Shown here piece by piece: positions 1 to 10,981 of a DNA stretch of 16,071 bases (position 1 is the stretch's first letter; each line of letters starts with the position of its first letter). A program made the translations under genes and the position numbers. This DNA comes from a virus, in UHGV virus genome UHGV-1816333, one strand, 5' to 3'. The notes under the pieces are model-generated. The model did not search any database, was not told where the DNA came from, and saw only the letters and a list, made by a program, of their open reading frames with translations.

Positions 1-2639
<2,639 letters not shown>

Positions 2640-2658
2640 TCATGCTCCATAAACGATA

Positions 2659-2678
2659 AAACCGCCCGGAGGCGGTTT
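2659..2678 (-). terminator. GC-rich hairpin followed by a U run in the I-J intergenic region (terminator-like or RNA stability element)
   Basis: On the minus strand: AAACCGCC-UCCG-GGCGGUUUU, about 20 nt upstream of the J start; J ribosome-binding site GGAG follows. Coordinates approximate. Confidence 0.3.
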
Positions 2679-2696
2679 CACATAAAACATTTTGCA

Positions 2697-3368
2697 TCAG
2701 CGACCAATCACCACAACCTGACCACCATCCCCTTCGTCTGCCGTGCTGATCTCCTGAGAAACCACGCGTGACCCCACGCGCATTTCACCGTACAGAACCG
2801 GCAGAACATTGCCCTGGGCAACCATGTTATCCAGTGAGGAGAAATAGGTGTTCTGTTTGCCGTTATCCGTTGTCTGTGTACGGGGAGTTCTGGCTTTCGG
2901 TGCCAGCATCTGCGCCACACCACCGAGCACCATACTGGCACCGAGAGAAAACAGGATGCCGGTCATACCACCGGCCCCAATGGCTGCCCCCCATGCTGCA
3001 AGGGTGGCTCCGGCGGTAAAGAATGATCCGGCAATGGCGGCAGCCCCCAGGACAATCTGGAATACGCCACCTGACTTGGCCCCGGCGACTCTGGGAACAA
3101 TATGAATCACAGCGCCATCAGGCAGAGTCTCATGTAACTGCGCCGTTAACCCGGACGTGCTGACGTCCCGCCCGGCAATCCGTACCTGATACCAGCCGTC
3201 GCTCAGTTTCTGACGAAACACCGGGAGCTGTGTGGCCAGTGCGCGGATGGCTTCAGCCCCCGTTTTCACACGAAGGTCGATGCGGCGGCCAAATCGTTGC
3301 AAATCCCCGTAAAGGCAGATGCGCGCCATGCCCGGTGACGCCAGAGGGAGTGTGTGCGTCGCTGCCAT
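2697..3368 (-). CDS. I: Tail tip assembly protein I
   Basis: 223-aa ORF (MAATHTLPLASPGMARICLYGDLQRFGRR...), same length and position as lambda gpI; ubiquitin-like N-terminus and Gly/Ala-rich hydrophobic C-terminal half. Confidence 0.93.
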   Translation of the reverse strand: MAATHTLPLASPGMARICLYGDLQRFGRRIDLRVKTGAEAIRALATQLPVFRQKLSDGWYQVRIAGRDVSTSGLTAQLHETLPDGAVIHIVPRVAGAKSGGVFQIVLGAAAIAGSFFTAGATLAAWGAAIGAGGMTGILFSLGASMVLGGVAQMLAPKARTPRTQTTDNGKQNTYFSSLDNMVAQGNVLPVLYGEMRVGSRVVSQEISTADEGDGGQVVVIGR

Positions 3369-4009
3369 TTGTCGGTATACCTCTCTCGTTTGCTCAGTTG
3401 TTCAGGAATATGGTGCAGCAGCTCGCCATCACCACAGTAAATGGCGGCATGATTCGGCACCGATGAACCAAAACAGCACAGCAGCACATCGCCCGGTTGT
3501 GCTGATGACAACGGCACCTGATACAGCCCTGTGGCCTCCAGATTATCCAGATAGAGATTCTGACCGTTACGCCACCAGTCATCCTCGCGGTGAAAATCCG
3601 GCATCTCAATCCCCGCCAGATGGTAAGCATCCCGGAACAGCGTGTAACAGTCCGTCACCCCGTGCTCAAAGCGCCGCCCGGTAAGATGCGGCACACAGCG
3701 GAACTTGTGAATCGCCCCCCGGCAGACCAGCCACCACGGCAAATCACTCTGCACCTGCAGCCGCCGGTCAGCCTCACTCAGCCAGGGCAGACCACCGGGA
3801 TGACTGTGGACCAGCGCCACAATCTCACCCTGCATTTGTGCACGCAACCAGTCCTCCGGCGACATCCGGAAATACTCCTCCGGCTCACCGGAGATATTCA
3901 CGCAGGGAAAATATCTTTCCCCCTCCGGCGTTCTCACTACGAAGCCGCACGACTCCGCTGGCGCACATCGTCGGGCGTGCGCCAGAATCGCTGATTCTGT
4001 CTCTGTCAT
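3266..4009 (-). CDS. K: Tail tip assembly protein K (JAMM/MPN-type domain plus NlpC/P60-type domain); lambda reference annotation starts at the internal Met at 3865
   Basis: 247-aa ORF; HSHPGGLPWLSEAD fits the JAMM motif HxHx7Sx2D; Cys (DCYTLF) and His (HAAIYCG) fit an NlpC/P60-type domain. 3' end overlaps I by 103 bp in another frame, as in lambda. Confidence 0.88.
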   Translation of the reverse strand: MTETESAILAHARRCAPAESCGFVVRTPEGERYFPCVNISGEPEEYFRMSPEDWLRAQMQGEIVALVHSHPGGLPWLSEADRRLQVQSDLPWWLVCRGAIHKFRCVPHLTGRRFEHGVTDCYTLFRDAYHLAGIEMPDFHREDDWWRNGQNLYLDNLEATGLYQVPLSSAQPGDVLLCCFGSSVPNHAAIYCGDGELLHHIPEQLSKRERYTDKWQRRTHSLWRHRAWRASAFTGICNDLAAASTFV

Positions 4010-4014
4010 GGGAT

Positions 4015-4713
4015 TTACTGCGAAAGTTTGTTAATGGAAAGGAAGCCGCCAAAGTTGCCGACATTATTGCGAAACTTACAGCCACTCAGGCATTTGCTGC
4101 ATTTATCCTTCGTGATATCGGACGTCGGCTGGTCATATTCATCCGCGACCGCCGGACCGTGATAACCGCACTCATCACCGCGATAGGTCCAGGTGCAGGT
4201 ATTAGCCAGCATGATGCGCCCCGGAAAAACGGCACCATCCGTTTCAGTCGGCGTGGACAGTACAAAGGAGGCACTGACCGCGCTCAGTTCGCTGCACTGC
4301 TCGATGCGCCAGCGGCTAATCACCTCCTGCTCCGGATCGGCGTCGCTGTTTCCGTTGACGAAGTTCACCGCATCCAGAAAACGGGCATAAACCTTACGCC
4401 TGACCACCGTTCCGCCGACCAGACTCTGCAGATCTTCCGCCATCCCGGTGACCATGCCATACAGGTTAGAAACCGTCAGCGTGGGGCGCGTACTGGTGCC
4501 TTTGCCATTCAGTTCGAAACCACTCCCCTGAATGGGATACGCCTGATACTGTCGCCCCTGCCAGGTGACCGGCTCACCTTTTTCGTTCTGCTCATTACAG
4601 AAAAAATAACGTTCTCCACCAACCTCTGTCAGATCGATTTCCCAGAGCACCACGCTGGCAGACTGCTCCGCACGGGTGCATTCATTCAGTGTTTCCTGTC
4701 GGATATCCTGCAT
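4015..4713 (-). CDS. L: Tail tip protein L
   Basis: 232-aa ORF (MQDIRQETLNECTRAEQSASVVLWEIDLTEVGGERYFF...), lambda gpL; C-terminal Cys cluster (CSKCLSGC) present. Confidence 0.95.
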   Translation of the reverse strand: MQDIRQETLNECTRAEQSASVVLWEIDLTEVGGERYFFCNEQNEKGEPVTWQGRQYQAYPIQGSGFELNGKGTSTRPTLTVSNLYGMVTGMAEDLQSLVGGTVVRRKVYARFLDAVNFVNGNSDADPEQEVISRWRIEQCSELSAVSASFVLSTPTETDGAVFPGRIMLANTCTWTYRGDECGYHGPAVADEYDQPTSDITKDKCSKCLSGCKFRNNVGNFGGFLSINKLSQ

Positions 4714-5042
4714 CAGTTCACCACCTGTTCAAACTCTGCGCTGAACTCAACACGCAACATACTGACCCGCGACGACCATTTTGCGCAGGTCACCTTTATC
4801 TGCCGGTAGCCATAAGGCGGCGTCCACAGAAAGGCCTTCCAGCCCCCGTGCTCAGCCAGAAACGACTCCAGCGCCGCGGCCTCCCAACGGGGAACAGAAA
4901 GCGTCACGCTGTACGTTTTCAGGTCAGTGTTCAGCCCGGCAGGCGCTCGCTGGGAATAGCCATCACCAAAGCGCACCTTTCTTACGGAAGGGGCCGAAGC
5001 CACATCCATACCGGGTTTCACTTTCCAGCGGAAGGTTTTCAT
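4713..5042 (-). CDS. M: Tail tip protein M
   Basis: 109-aa ORF (MKTFRWKVKPGMDVASAPSVRKVRFGDGYSQRAP...), lambda gpM; start overlaps the H stop (ATGA-type coupling). Confidence 0.95.
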   Translation of the reverse strand: MKTFRWKVKPGMDVASAPSVRKVRFGDGYSQRAPAGLNTDLKTYSVTLSVPRWEAAALESFLAEHGGWKAFLWTPPYGYRQIKVTCAKWSSRVSMLRVEFSAEFEQVVN

Positions 5043-7600
5043 CGTCCACCTCCGGAGAACAGACCACCATCGCGCATCTGCCCGGTCACAACATCCATTG
5101 CCGCCTTACGGGCTACGTCATAAACAGCCTTCAGCGCCTGTGGCCCTATCTGACCGTTCGTGCCGTCGTTGTTAATCACCACATGGTTATTCTGCTCAAA
5201 CTTCCCGGACGCCTGCGACCGGCTGTCCGCCATGCTGCCCGGTGTACCGACATAACCACCGGTGGCATAGCCGCGCATCAGCCGGTAGAGATTCCCCACG
5301 CCAATCCGGCTGGTTGCCTCCTTCGTGAAGACAAATTCACCGCGGTGAACAATCCCCGCAGGCTCATATTTGCCGCCGGTTCCCGTAAATCCCCCGGTCG
5401 CAAAATGGAATTTCGCCGCAGCTGCCTGAATAGCTGTACCGCCTGACGCTGATGCGTCACCACCGACAGCACCGCCAATGACACTGCCCACACTCCCGAC
5501 GATCCCCACCATTGCCTGCTTAAGCAGAATTTCTGTCATCATGGACAGCACGGAACGGGTGAAGCTGCGCCAGTTCTGCTCACTGCCGGTCAGCATCGCC
5601 GCCATATTCTGCGCAATACCATCAAAGGTCTGCGTGGCAGCACTTTTAACCTGCGACATACTGTCCGTGGCACTCTCTTTCCACTCGCTCCAGCCGGACT
5701 TGAGGCCAGCCATCCAGCTCCCGCGAAGCAGGTCTTCAGCTGCCCAGGTCTTTTTCTGCTCTGACATGACGTTATTTAGCGCCAGCGGATTATCGCCATA
5801 CTGCTCCTTCAGACGCTGTTCCGTGGCGTCCCGCGCTGCCTGCCGGTCAGTAAGCCCCCGGTTTTTCGCCTCAATGGCTGCCCGTTTTGCCCGTTGTTGC
5901 TGTGCGAACTTATCCGCCTGCTGCGCCAGCGCGTTCAGGTGCTCCTGATACGTGACCTTATCGCCAAGTACAGCCAGCTGGCGTTTGTACTCCAGCGTCT
6001 CATCTTTATGCGCCAGCAGGGATTTCTCCTGTGCGGATAGCTGGCGACGTTGTGCCGCCTCCTCCAGTACCGCGAACTGATTTTCCGCCTTCCACAAATC
6101 CCGGCGCTGCTGGCTGATTTTCTCATTCGCTCCGGCATGCTTCTCCAGCGTCCGGAGTTCTGCCTGAAGCGTCAGCAGGGCAGCATGAGCACTGTCTTCC
6201 TGACGATCGCCCGCAGACACCTTCACGCCGGACTGTTTCGGCTTTTTCAGCGTCGCTTCATAATCCTTTTTCGCCGCCGCCATCAGCGTGTTGTAATCTG
6301 CCTGCAGGATTTTCCCGTCTTTCAGTGCCTTGTTCAGTTCTTCCTGACGGGCGGTATATTTCTCCAGCGGTGTCTGCAGCCGTTCGTAAGCCTTCTGCGC
6401 CTCTTCGGTATATTTCAGCCGTGATGCTTCGGTATCGCTCTGCTGCTGCGCATTTTTGTCCTGTTGACTCTGCTGTTCAGCCTTCTTTCGGGCGGCTTCA
6501 AGCGCAAGACGGGCCTTTTCACGATCATCCCAGTAACGCGCCCGCGCTTCATCGTTAACAAAATAATCATCCTTGCGCAGATTCCAGATGTCGTCCGCTT
6601 TCTTAAACGCAGCCTCTGCCTTAATCAGCATCTCCTGAGCGGTATCAGGACGACCAATATCCAGCACCGCATCCCACATGGATTTGAATGCCCGTGCTGT
6701 CCTGTCTGCCCAGGTTTCCAGCGTGCCCATGTTCTCTTTCAGGCGTCGGGTCTGGTCATCAAACCCTTTCGTTGCGGCCTCGTTCGCCGCCTGTAATGCC
6801 CCGGCTTCATCGCCGGAACGCTGCAACTGAGCAACATACGCAATCTGCTCCGCCGTCACGTTATGGAACTGGCGCGCCATCGCCGTCAGCCCCGACGTCG
6901 GGTCAGTGGTCAGCTTCCCGAAGGCTTCAGCGACCTTGTCCACCTCCACGCCGGATGCAGAAGAGAAACGCGCCACACTCTGGCTGATGGACGCAATCTG
7001 AGCCTCACCGCTTACCCCCGCCTTAACCAGTGCACTGAGTGACTCGCTGGTCTGGTTAAACGTCAGCCCTGCCGCCTGCCCGGCTCTGGACAGGACCAGC
7101 ATACGATCTGCCGTCAGACCCGACTGATTACCGGAAAGGACCAGCGTTTTGTTGAAATCGGACAGGGTTGAGTTACCCTGATACCAGGCATACGCCAGCG
7201 CACCGGTCGCCACCGCCAGCGAGGTGGCCCCGACCATCGGCAGGGTGATCGCACCGGCAAGCCCCCGGAACATGGGGATCATCCCGCCGAAGGAGTCCTT
7301 AACCTGACCACCCTGTTGCAGCAGGATCAGCCACGGGCTTTGCCCGCCTGCAAGCTGCGTGGCCACGTCGGTGAACTGTGCAGGCAGCATACGCATGGCG
7401 GCTTTATACTGCCCGACGGAAATCCCCGCTTTCTGTGCAGCCAGCGCCTGTCGGCTCAGCGACTGTTCAACGACTGCCGCTGTTTTTTTCGCATCAGTTT
7501 CCGTACCGGAAAAATGACGCCTGACTCTGGCCATCTGCTCGTCAAATCTGGCCGCATCCAGACTTAAATCAACGACCAGATCGCCTACCGGTTCAGCCAT
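5039..7600 (-). CDS. H: Tail tape measure protein H
   Basis: 853-aa ORF, the length of lambda gpH; long central Ala/Gln/Lys/Glu-rich region, Gly-rich hydrophobic segment near the C-terminus; start overlaps the end of the T frame by 8 nt. Confidence 0.95.
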   Translation of the reverse strand: MAEPVGDLVVDLSLDAARFDEQMARVRRHFSGTETDAKKTAAVVEQSLSRQALAAQKAGISVGQYKAAMRMLPAQFTDVATQLAGGQSPWLILLQQGGQVKDSFGGMIPMFRGLAGAITLPMVGATSLAVATGALAYAWYQGNSTLSDFNKTLVLSGNQSGLTADRMLVLSRAGQAAGLTFNQTSESLSALVKAGVSGEAQIASISQSVARFSSASGVEVDKVAEAFGKLTTDPTSGLTAMARQFHNVTAEQIAYVAQLQRSGDEAGALQAANEAATKGFDDQTRRLKENMGTLETWADRTARAFKSMWDAVLDIGRPDTAQEMLIKAEAAFKKADDIWNLRKDDYFVNDEARARYWDDREKARLALEAARKKAEQQSQQDKNAQQQSDTEASRLKYTEEAQKAYERLQTPLEKYTARQEELNKALKDGKILQADYNTLMAAAKKDYEATLKKPKQSGVKVSAGDRQEDSAHAALLTLQAELRTLEKHAGANEKISQQRRDLWKAENQFAVLEEAAQRRQLSAQEKSLLAHKDETLEYKRQLAVLGDKVTYQEHLNALAQQADKFAQQQRAKRAAIEAKNRGLTDRQAARDATEQRLKEQYGDNPLALNNVMSEQKKTWAAEDLLRGSWMAGLKSGWSEWKESATDSMSQVKSAATQTFDGIAQNMAAMLTGSEQNWRSFTRSVLSMMTEILLKQAMVGIVGSVGSVIGGAVGGDASASGGTAIQAAAAKFHFATGGFTGTGGKYEPAGIVHRGEFVFTKEATSRIGVGNLYRLMRGYATGGYVGTPGSMADSRSQASGKFEQNNHVVINNDGTNGQIGPQALKAVYDVARKAAMDVVTGQMRDGGLFSGGGR

Positions 7601-8431
7601 ACCGGACTCCTCCTGCGATCCCTTCTGATACTGTCATCAGCATTACGTCATCCTCCGTCATGTCCGCCACATCCGGGGAAGCGGGGATAACTTCATTCCC
7701 GTCCGGGCCAAAACGAACGCCTCCGGCAAGCCCTGCCGCTTTCTGCATCAGCACATCATCTTCAGGCTCTTCGTCAGCCTGGCGCCGGTTCAGCAGACTG
7801 AAATCCAGCGGATGCATCTCCGGATCGCTGAAAAACAGGCTGAGCACGGTGTACGTCAGCCCGGAAAAGTGCATATCCAGCAGAACATCATGAAAATAAT
7901 GGGTACTGTAAAAGCGGTGCCAGTCGGCATACTCCGTGGATGACATCCCGGCAAGCATGGCGCGCCAGTCGGGTCGCCCCATCTCACGCGCCAGTTTCAG
8001 GGCAAAACTCAGCTCACCGTCGAACACTTTCCCGCAGAAACAGGCTCTGCAGGCCCGGCGTCCTCTGCCTGTTCAGGAGCATCATTCACCACAAACTCAT
8101 ACATACCGGACAGCCGGTACACCACGTTTTCAGCATGAGAAATTGCCTCTGTGGGCCAGGTGGTAAGCACTTCCTGCTCAATCTGTTTAACGGCTTCATT
8201 CATGGAAGGCAGCTTTGTCTTCTTCGGATGGTTATGCCACAGGGACATCGCCACCAGAAACGCGCCGGTTCTGATGGCGTCTTCCACAGTAAACTTCCGG
8301 TTGCTGTCTGACTCCGCCTGTTCTGCCTGCCGTTTCATCAGGGCGAGATGCTCAATACGCTGCAGGGCTGACAGTTCAGAAAGCGTGACGGTCACACCGT
8401 TATGTTCAAATGATTCGGTTTTCAGGAACAT
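7593..8431 (-). CDS. GT: Tail assembly chaperone GT, made by programmed -1 ribosomal frameshift from G into the T frame
   Basis: The T-frame ORF 7593..8027 has no plausible independent start and begins at the last G of the heptamer G GGA AAG; the fused reading gives ...SAGK/VFDGELSFALKLAREM..., as in lambda gpGT. Confidence 0.85.
8009..8431 (-). CDS. G: Tail assembly chaperone G
   Basis: 140-aa ORF (MFLKTESFEHNGVTVTLSELSALQRIEHLALMKRQ...), lambda gpG; ends ...SAGKCSTVS just after the slippery heptamer. Confidence 0.95.
   Translation of the reverse strand: MFLKTESFEHNGVTVTLSELSALQRIEHLALMKRQAEQAESDSNRKFTVEDAIRTGAFLVAMSLWHNHPKKTKLPSMNEAVKQIEQEVLTTWPTEAISHAENVVYRLSGMYEFVVNDAPEQAEDAGPAEPVSAGKCSTVS
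8027..8033 (-). promoter_or_regulatory. Slippery heptamer G GGA AAG for the G/GT -1 frameshift
   Basis: Plus strand CTTTCCC at 8027..8033, i.e. GGGAAAG on the coding strand. Track coordinates put it in X XXY YYZ register in the G frame, with the T frame opening at 8027. Confidence 0.85.
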
Positions 8432-8446
8432 CGCTGACTCTCCGGA

Positions 8447-9187
8447 TTAACTGGCGGTGACGTTGATTTCTGCAACCGCAGCAAACTCACCATTACCAGA
8501 TACGACCGGAATGTTGACCTTGCCTGCAGCAACACCTTTCACGGTGATGGTCATACCACTGACCGACACGGTGGCTTTTGTTTTATCCGCAGACACCGCA
8601 CGGAAGCTCTTGTCGGTTGCGCCCTCCGGCTGGAATGCCACGGTCAGCGTGGTGCTCTGCCCTTTCACTACGGAAGCACTGGCGGGTGTCACCGTCATGC
8701 CGGTTGTCGCCGTCACCGTGCTGCGATCTTCTGCCATCGACGGACGTCCCACATTGGTGACCTTCACCGTGCGGGTAATCACTTCCTTCGCCGTCACCGC
8801 CTTACCGATACTGCTGACCCAGCCACGGAACACATCGACCGTGCCGTTCGGGAAGCGGATTTTATAGGCACGGGTATCACCTTCATTAAACCACGCCAGC
8901 AGCGCCTGCTGCCCCTGCTCTCCGGGCATCCACGCCAGCGTGAAGCTGGTATCTCCGGCAGATTTCTGCCCCTGCCCGGTCGCAGTCCAGTCTGCATCTT
9001 CATCATCGAGATAGCTGTCGTCATAGGACTCAGCGGTCAGTTCGCCGGGCGTCAGGTCTTTAACTTTTGCCAGACGCGACCAGTCAACGTCTGAAAGCGG
9101 ATTCGCATAAGGGTCACCGCTCCCCTTATAAACCCACAGGGTGGTCCCGGCACCTTTCACCGGCATTGTAGGATTTGGTACAGGCAT
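8447..9187 (-). CDS. V: Major tail tube protein V, with C-terminal Ig-like domain
   Basis: Track ORF is 256 aa; lambda gpV (246 aa) begins at the internal [31 protein letters not shown], which puts the start at 9187. C-terminal ~90 aa are Thr/Val/Ser-rich beta-strand sequence of Ig-like type. Confidence 0.93.
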   Translation of the reverse strand: MPVPNPTMPVKGAGTTLWVYKGSGDPYANPLSDVDWSRLAKVKDLTPGELTAESYDDSYLDDEDADWTATGQGQKSAGDTSFTLAWMPGEQGQQALLAWFNEGDTRAYKIRFPNGTVDVFRGWVSSIGKAVTAKEVITRTVKVTNVGRPSMAEDRSTVTATTGMTVTPASASVVKGQSTTLTVAFQPEGATDKSFRAVSADKTKATVSVSGMTITVKGVAAGKVNIPVVSGNGEFAAVAEINVTAS

Positions 9188-9194
9188 AGCGTCC

Positions 9195-9590
9195 TCACAT
9201 TTCATAGGTAATGACATAAGTCAGATCGGCTGAACTCCACAGGCCCGCATCATCGTCGCGCCGGTAGTCATAGCCGCTGGCCACCATACTGGTGATCAAA
9301 TCTGACAGTGCCGGGATATCGCTCATCACCGGATAAATCCGGGACTCCATCCACGCATCCAGCTCTGAATCCGGCACCTGAGCAGGCAGGAAAACTTCGA
9401 TATGCAGCTCCGCCTGCCAGGTATCGCTGTCCAGCTCTTCGCCCGTGTATTCAGCGCCGGTGAGATAAACGGCAACTGCCGGAAAATCCGCCTCATCAAA
9501 AACAGCGGGGCGACCATCAAAAAACGTCGCCCCGGTGTCATGCTTCTCCAGTGCATCCAGTACGGCTGCACGGAGTTCAGTATGTTTCAT
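9195..9590 (-). CDS. U: Tail terminator protein U
   Basis: 131-aa ORF ([39 protein letters not shown]...), lambda gpU; start overlaps the Z stop. Confidence 0.95.
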   Translation of the reverse strand: MKHTELRAAVLDALEKHDTGATFFDGRPAVFDEADFPAVAVYLTGAEYTGEELDSDTWQAELHIEVFLPAQVPDSELDAWMESRIYPVMSDIPALSDLITSMVASGYDYRRDDDAGLWSSADLTYVITYEM

Positions 9591-10165
9591 CGCTTTATTA
9601 CCATCCTCAGTTGATGCTGCAGCGCATAGCCCAGCTCTTTCGGAAGACGTTCACGCCGTATCCGCTCAATATTTTGTTTAAACGCCGTGGTCAGCGGCAC
9701 CGCCATCGGGATTTTCACCACATCAATGGGGTAACGGTTTTTCCCGGCCACACGCTGCATGACATGCCACCGGCCATTTTTCAGTTGCTGAATAAACGCG
9801 CCGGGAATACGACGGTTACCCACCACAAGCACGCTGCCGCCACCTTTCAGGGATGAACGCTGCCCCTTTTTACGACGCCTGCGGCGCGAAAGGACAACCC
9901 GCGCATTACCCAGCTTGATTACGGGCAAATCCCCCCGGTTAACTTTGATTCTGGCCTGCGGATTTTTGACCGTGGCCCTTTTCAGCCTGGCCCTTTCCTT
10001 TACCAGTTTCCGGCGTACCTTTGTCTCACGGGCAACCTGTGACGCCGACTGCGATATCGCGGATGAAGCAACGCGGTTAATGGCCATTGCGGCGGCACCA
10101 GGCACCGCCGTTTTGCTGATACGGCTGAGGTTTTCAACGGCCTGCTCAAGACCTTTTATGGCCAT
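9587..10165 (-). CDS. Z: Tail completion protein Z
   Basis: 192-aa ORF (MAIKGLEQAVENLSRISKTAVPGAAAMAINRV...), lambda gpZ; basic RRRRRKKGQR stretch. Confidence 0.95.
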   Translation of the reverse strand: MAIKGLEQAVENLSRISKTAVPGAAAMAINRVASSAISQSASQVARETKVRRKLVKERARLKRATVKNPQARIKVNRGDLPVIKLGNARVVLSRRRRRKKGQRSSLKGGGSVLVVGNRRIPGAFIQQLKNGRWHVMQRVAGKNRYPIDVVKIPMAVPLTTAFKQNIERIRRERLPKELGYALQHQLRMVIKR

Positions 10166-10176
10166 ACATCCCCCTT

Positions 10177-10530
10177 TCAGCGGCGACGGTTAACGGCAGG
10201 CGGTACGCCCCGTCCAAGCCAGAGATGACAACTTCCGCCATCATCCGGCGAAACCCGATCTACCCAGAAATTTTCCTCACCGATGGTCAGCGTGTCTCCA
10301 CGCCGCAGCTGCCGCACCTCATCAGTCCGGACAAACAGGGACGGGCTGGAACCTTCAACGCGCACGCCCTGTCCGGCATAGCTGATATTTTCAGGGTCAT
10401 CAAAAACACCACGTATCACCGCACCTGACTGCTCACCGGATGTAATGGTGGCTGACGTTCCCATGTACCCGCGTATCGTTTCATCGGCGCGGGCAATGGC
10501 AGCATCGAACAGGTTATCGAAATCAGCCAC
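10177..10530 (-). CDS. FII: Head-tail joining protein FII
   Basis: 117-aa ORF (MADFDNLFDAAIARADETIRGYMGTSATITSGEQ...), lambda gpFII. Confidence 0.95.
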   Translation of the reverse strand: MADFDNLFDAAIARADETIRGYMGTSATITSGEQSGAVIRGVFDDPENISYAGQGVRVEGSSPSLFVRTDEVRQLRRGDTLTIGEENFWVDRVSPDDGGSCHLWLGRGVPPAVNRRR

Positions 10531-10541
10531 AGCGCCTCCCG

Positions 10542-10940
10542 TTATTGCATTCTGGCCAGGCCGCGCTCTGTCATTTCGGCTGCCACACCGGCAGAGACAC
10601 GAAACGCCGTTCCCGACAGCACAAATGCCACAGGTTCATCCCGCGTGGCGTGAAGTGCATCAGTATGCAGCTTCACCAGTGCCACGACCGTGACCAGTTC
10701 AGACGTATCCAGAATCACGGTATCCGGCTGCGCTGATCCCACCTCATTTTCATGTCCGGTCAGCACATTTTCCCGGCTGAGAGGGGTGTCCTGACCGGCA
10801 GTTTCATCCGTGTCATCAAGCTCCTCTTCCAGCTCTGCCACACGGAGCGCCAGTTCTTCTTTCGTCCCCGTCAGGCTGACATCACGGTTCAGTTGTTCAC
10901 CCAGCGAGCGGAGACGGGCAATCAGTTCATCTTTCGTCAT
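10542..10940 (-). CDS. FI: DNA packaging protein FI
   Basis: Track ORF is 145 aa; lambda gpFI (132 aa) starts at the internal MTKDELIARLRSLGEQLNRDVSLTGTKEEL, i.e. 10940, preceded by a GGAGGA ribosome-binding site. Confidence 0.92.
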   Translation of the reverse strand: MTKDELIARLRSLGEQLNRDVSLTGTKEELALRVAELEEELDDTDETAGQDTPLSRENVLTGHENEVGSAQPDTVILDTSELVTVVALVKLHTDALHATRDEPVAFVLSGTAFRVSAGVAAEMTERGLARMQ

Positions 10941-10961
10941 GGACTCCTCCACAGAGAAACA

Positions 10962-10979
10962 ATGGCCCCGAAGGGCCAT
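10962..10979 (-). terminator. Hairpin with UUCG tetraloop just after the E stop codon (attenuator or stability element)
   Basis: Minus strand reads TAA-uc-AUGGCCC-UUCG-GGGCCAU-uguuucucugu, then GGAGGA and the FI start. 7-bp GC-rich stem with a canonical UUCG loop. Coordinates approximate. Confidence 0.35.
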
Positions 10980-10981
10980 GA

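Noticed and set aside
3838-4809. 323-aa plus-strand ORF, plus the other plus-strand ORFs of 100-220 aa (4781..5446, 5478..5948, 6050..6424, 12336..12770, 13047..13538, 14656..15258 and similar)
   Set aside because: All lie antisense to well-supported lambda-type genes, have low-complexity Arg/Ser/Pro/Cys-rich translations, and have no counterparts in lambda; treated as ORF-caller artefacts.
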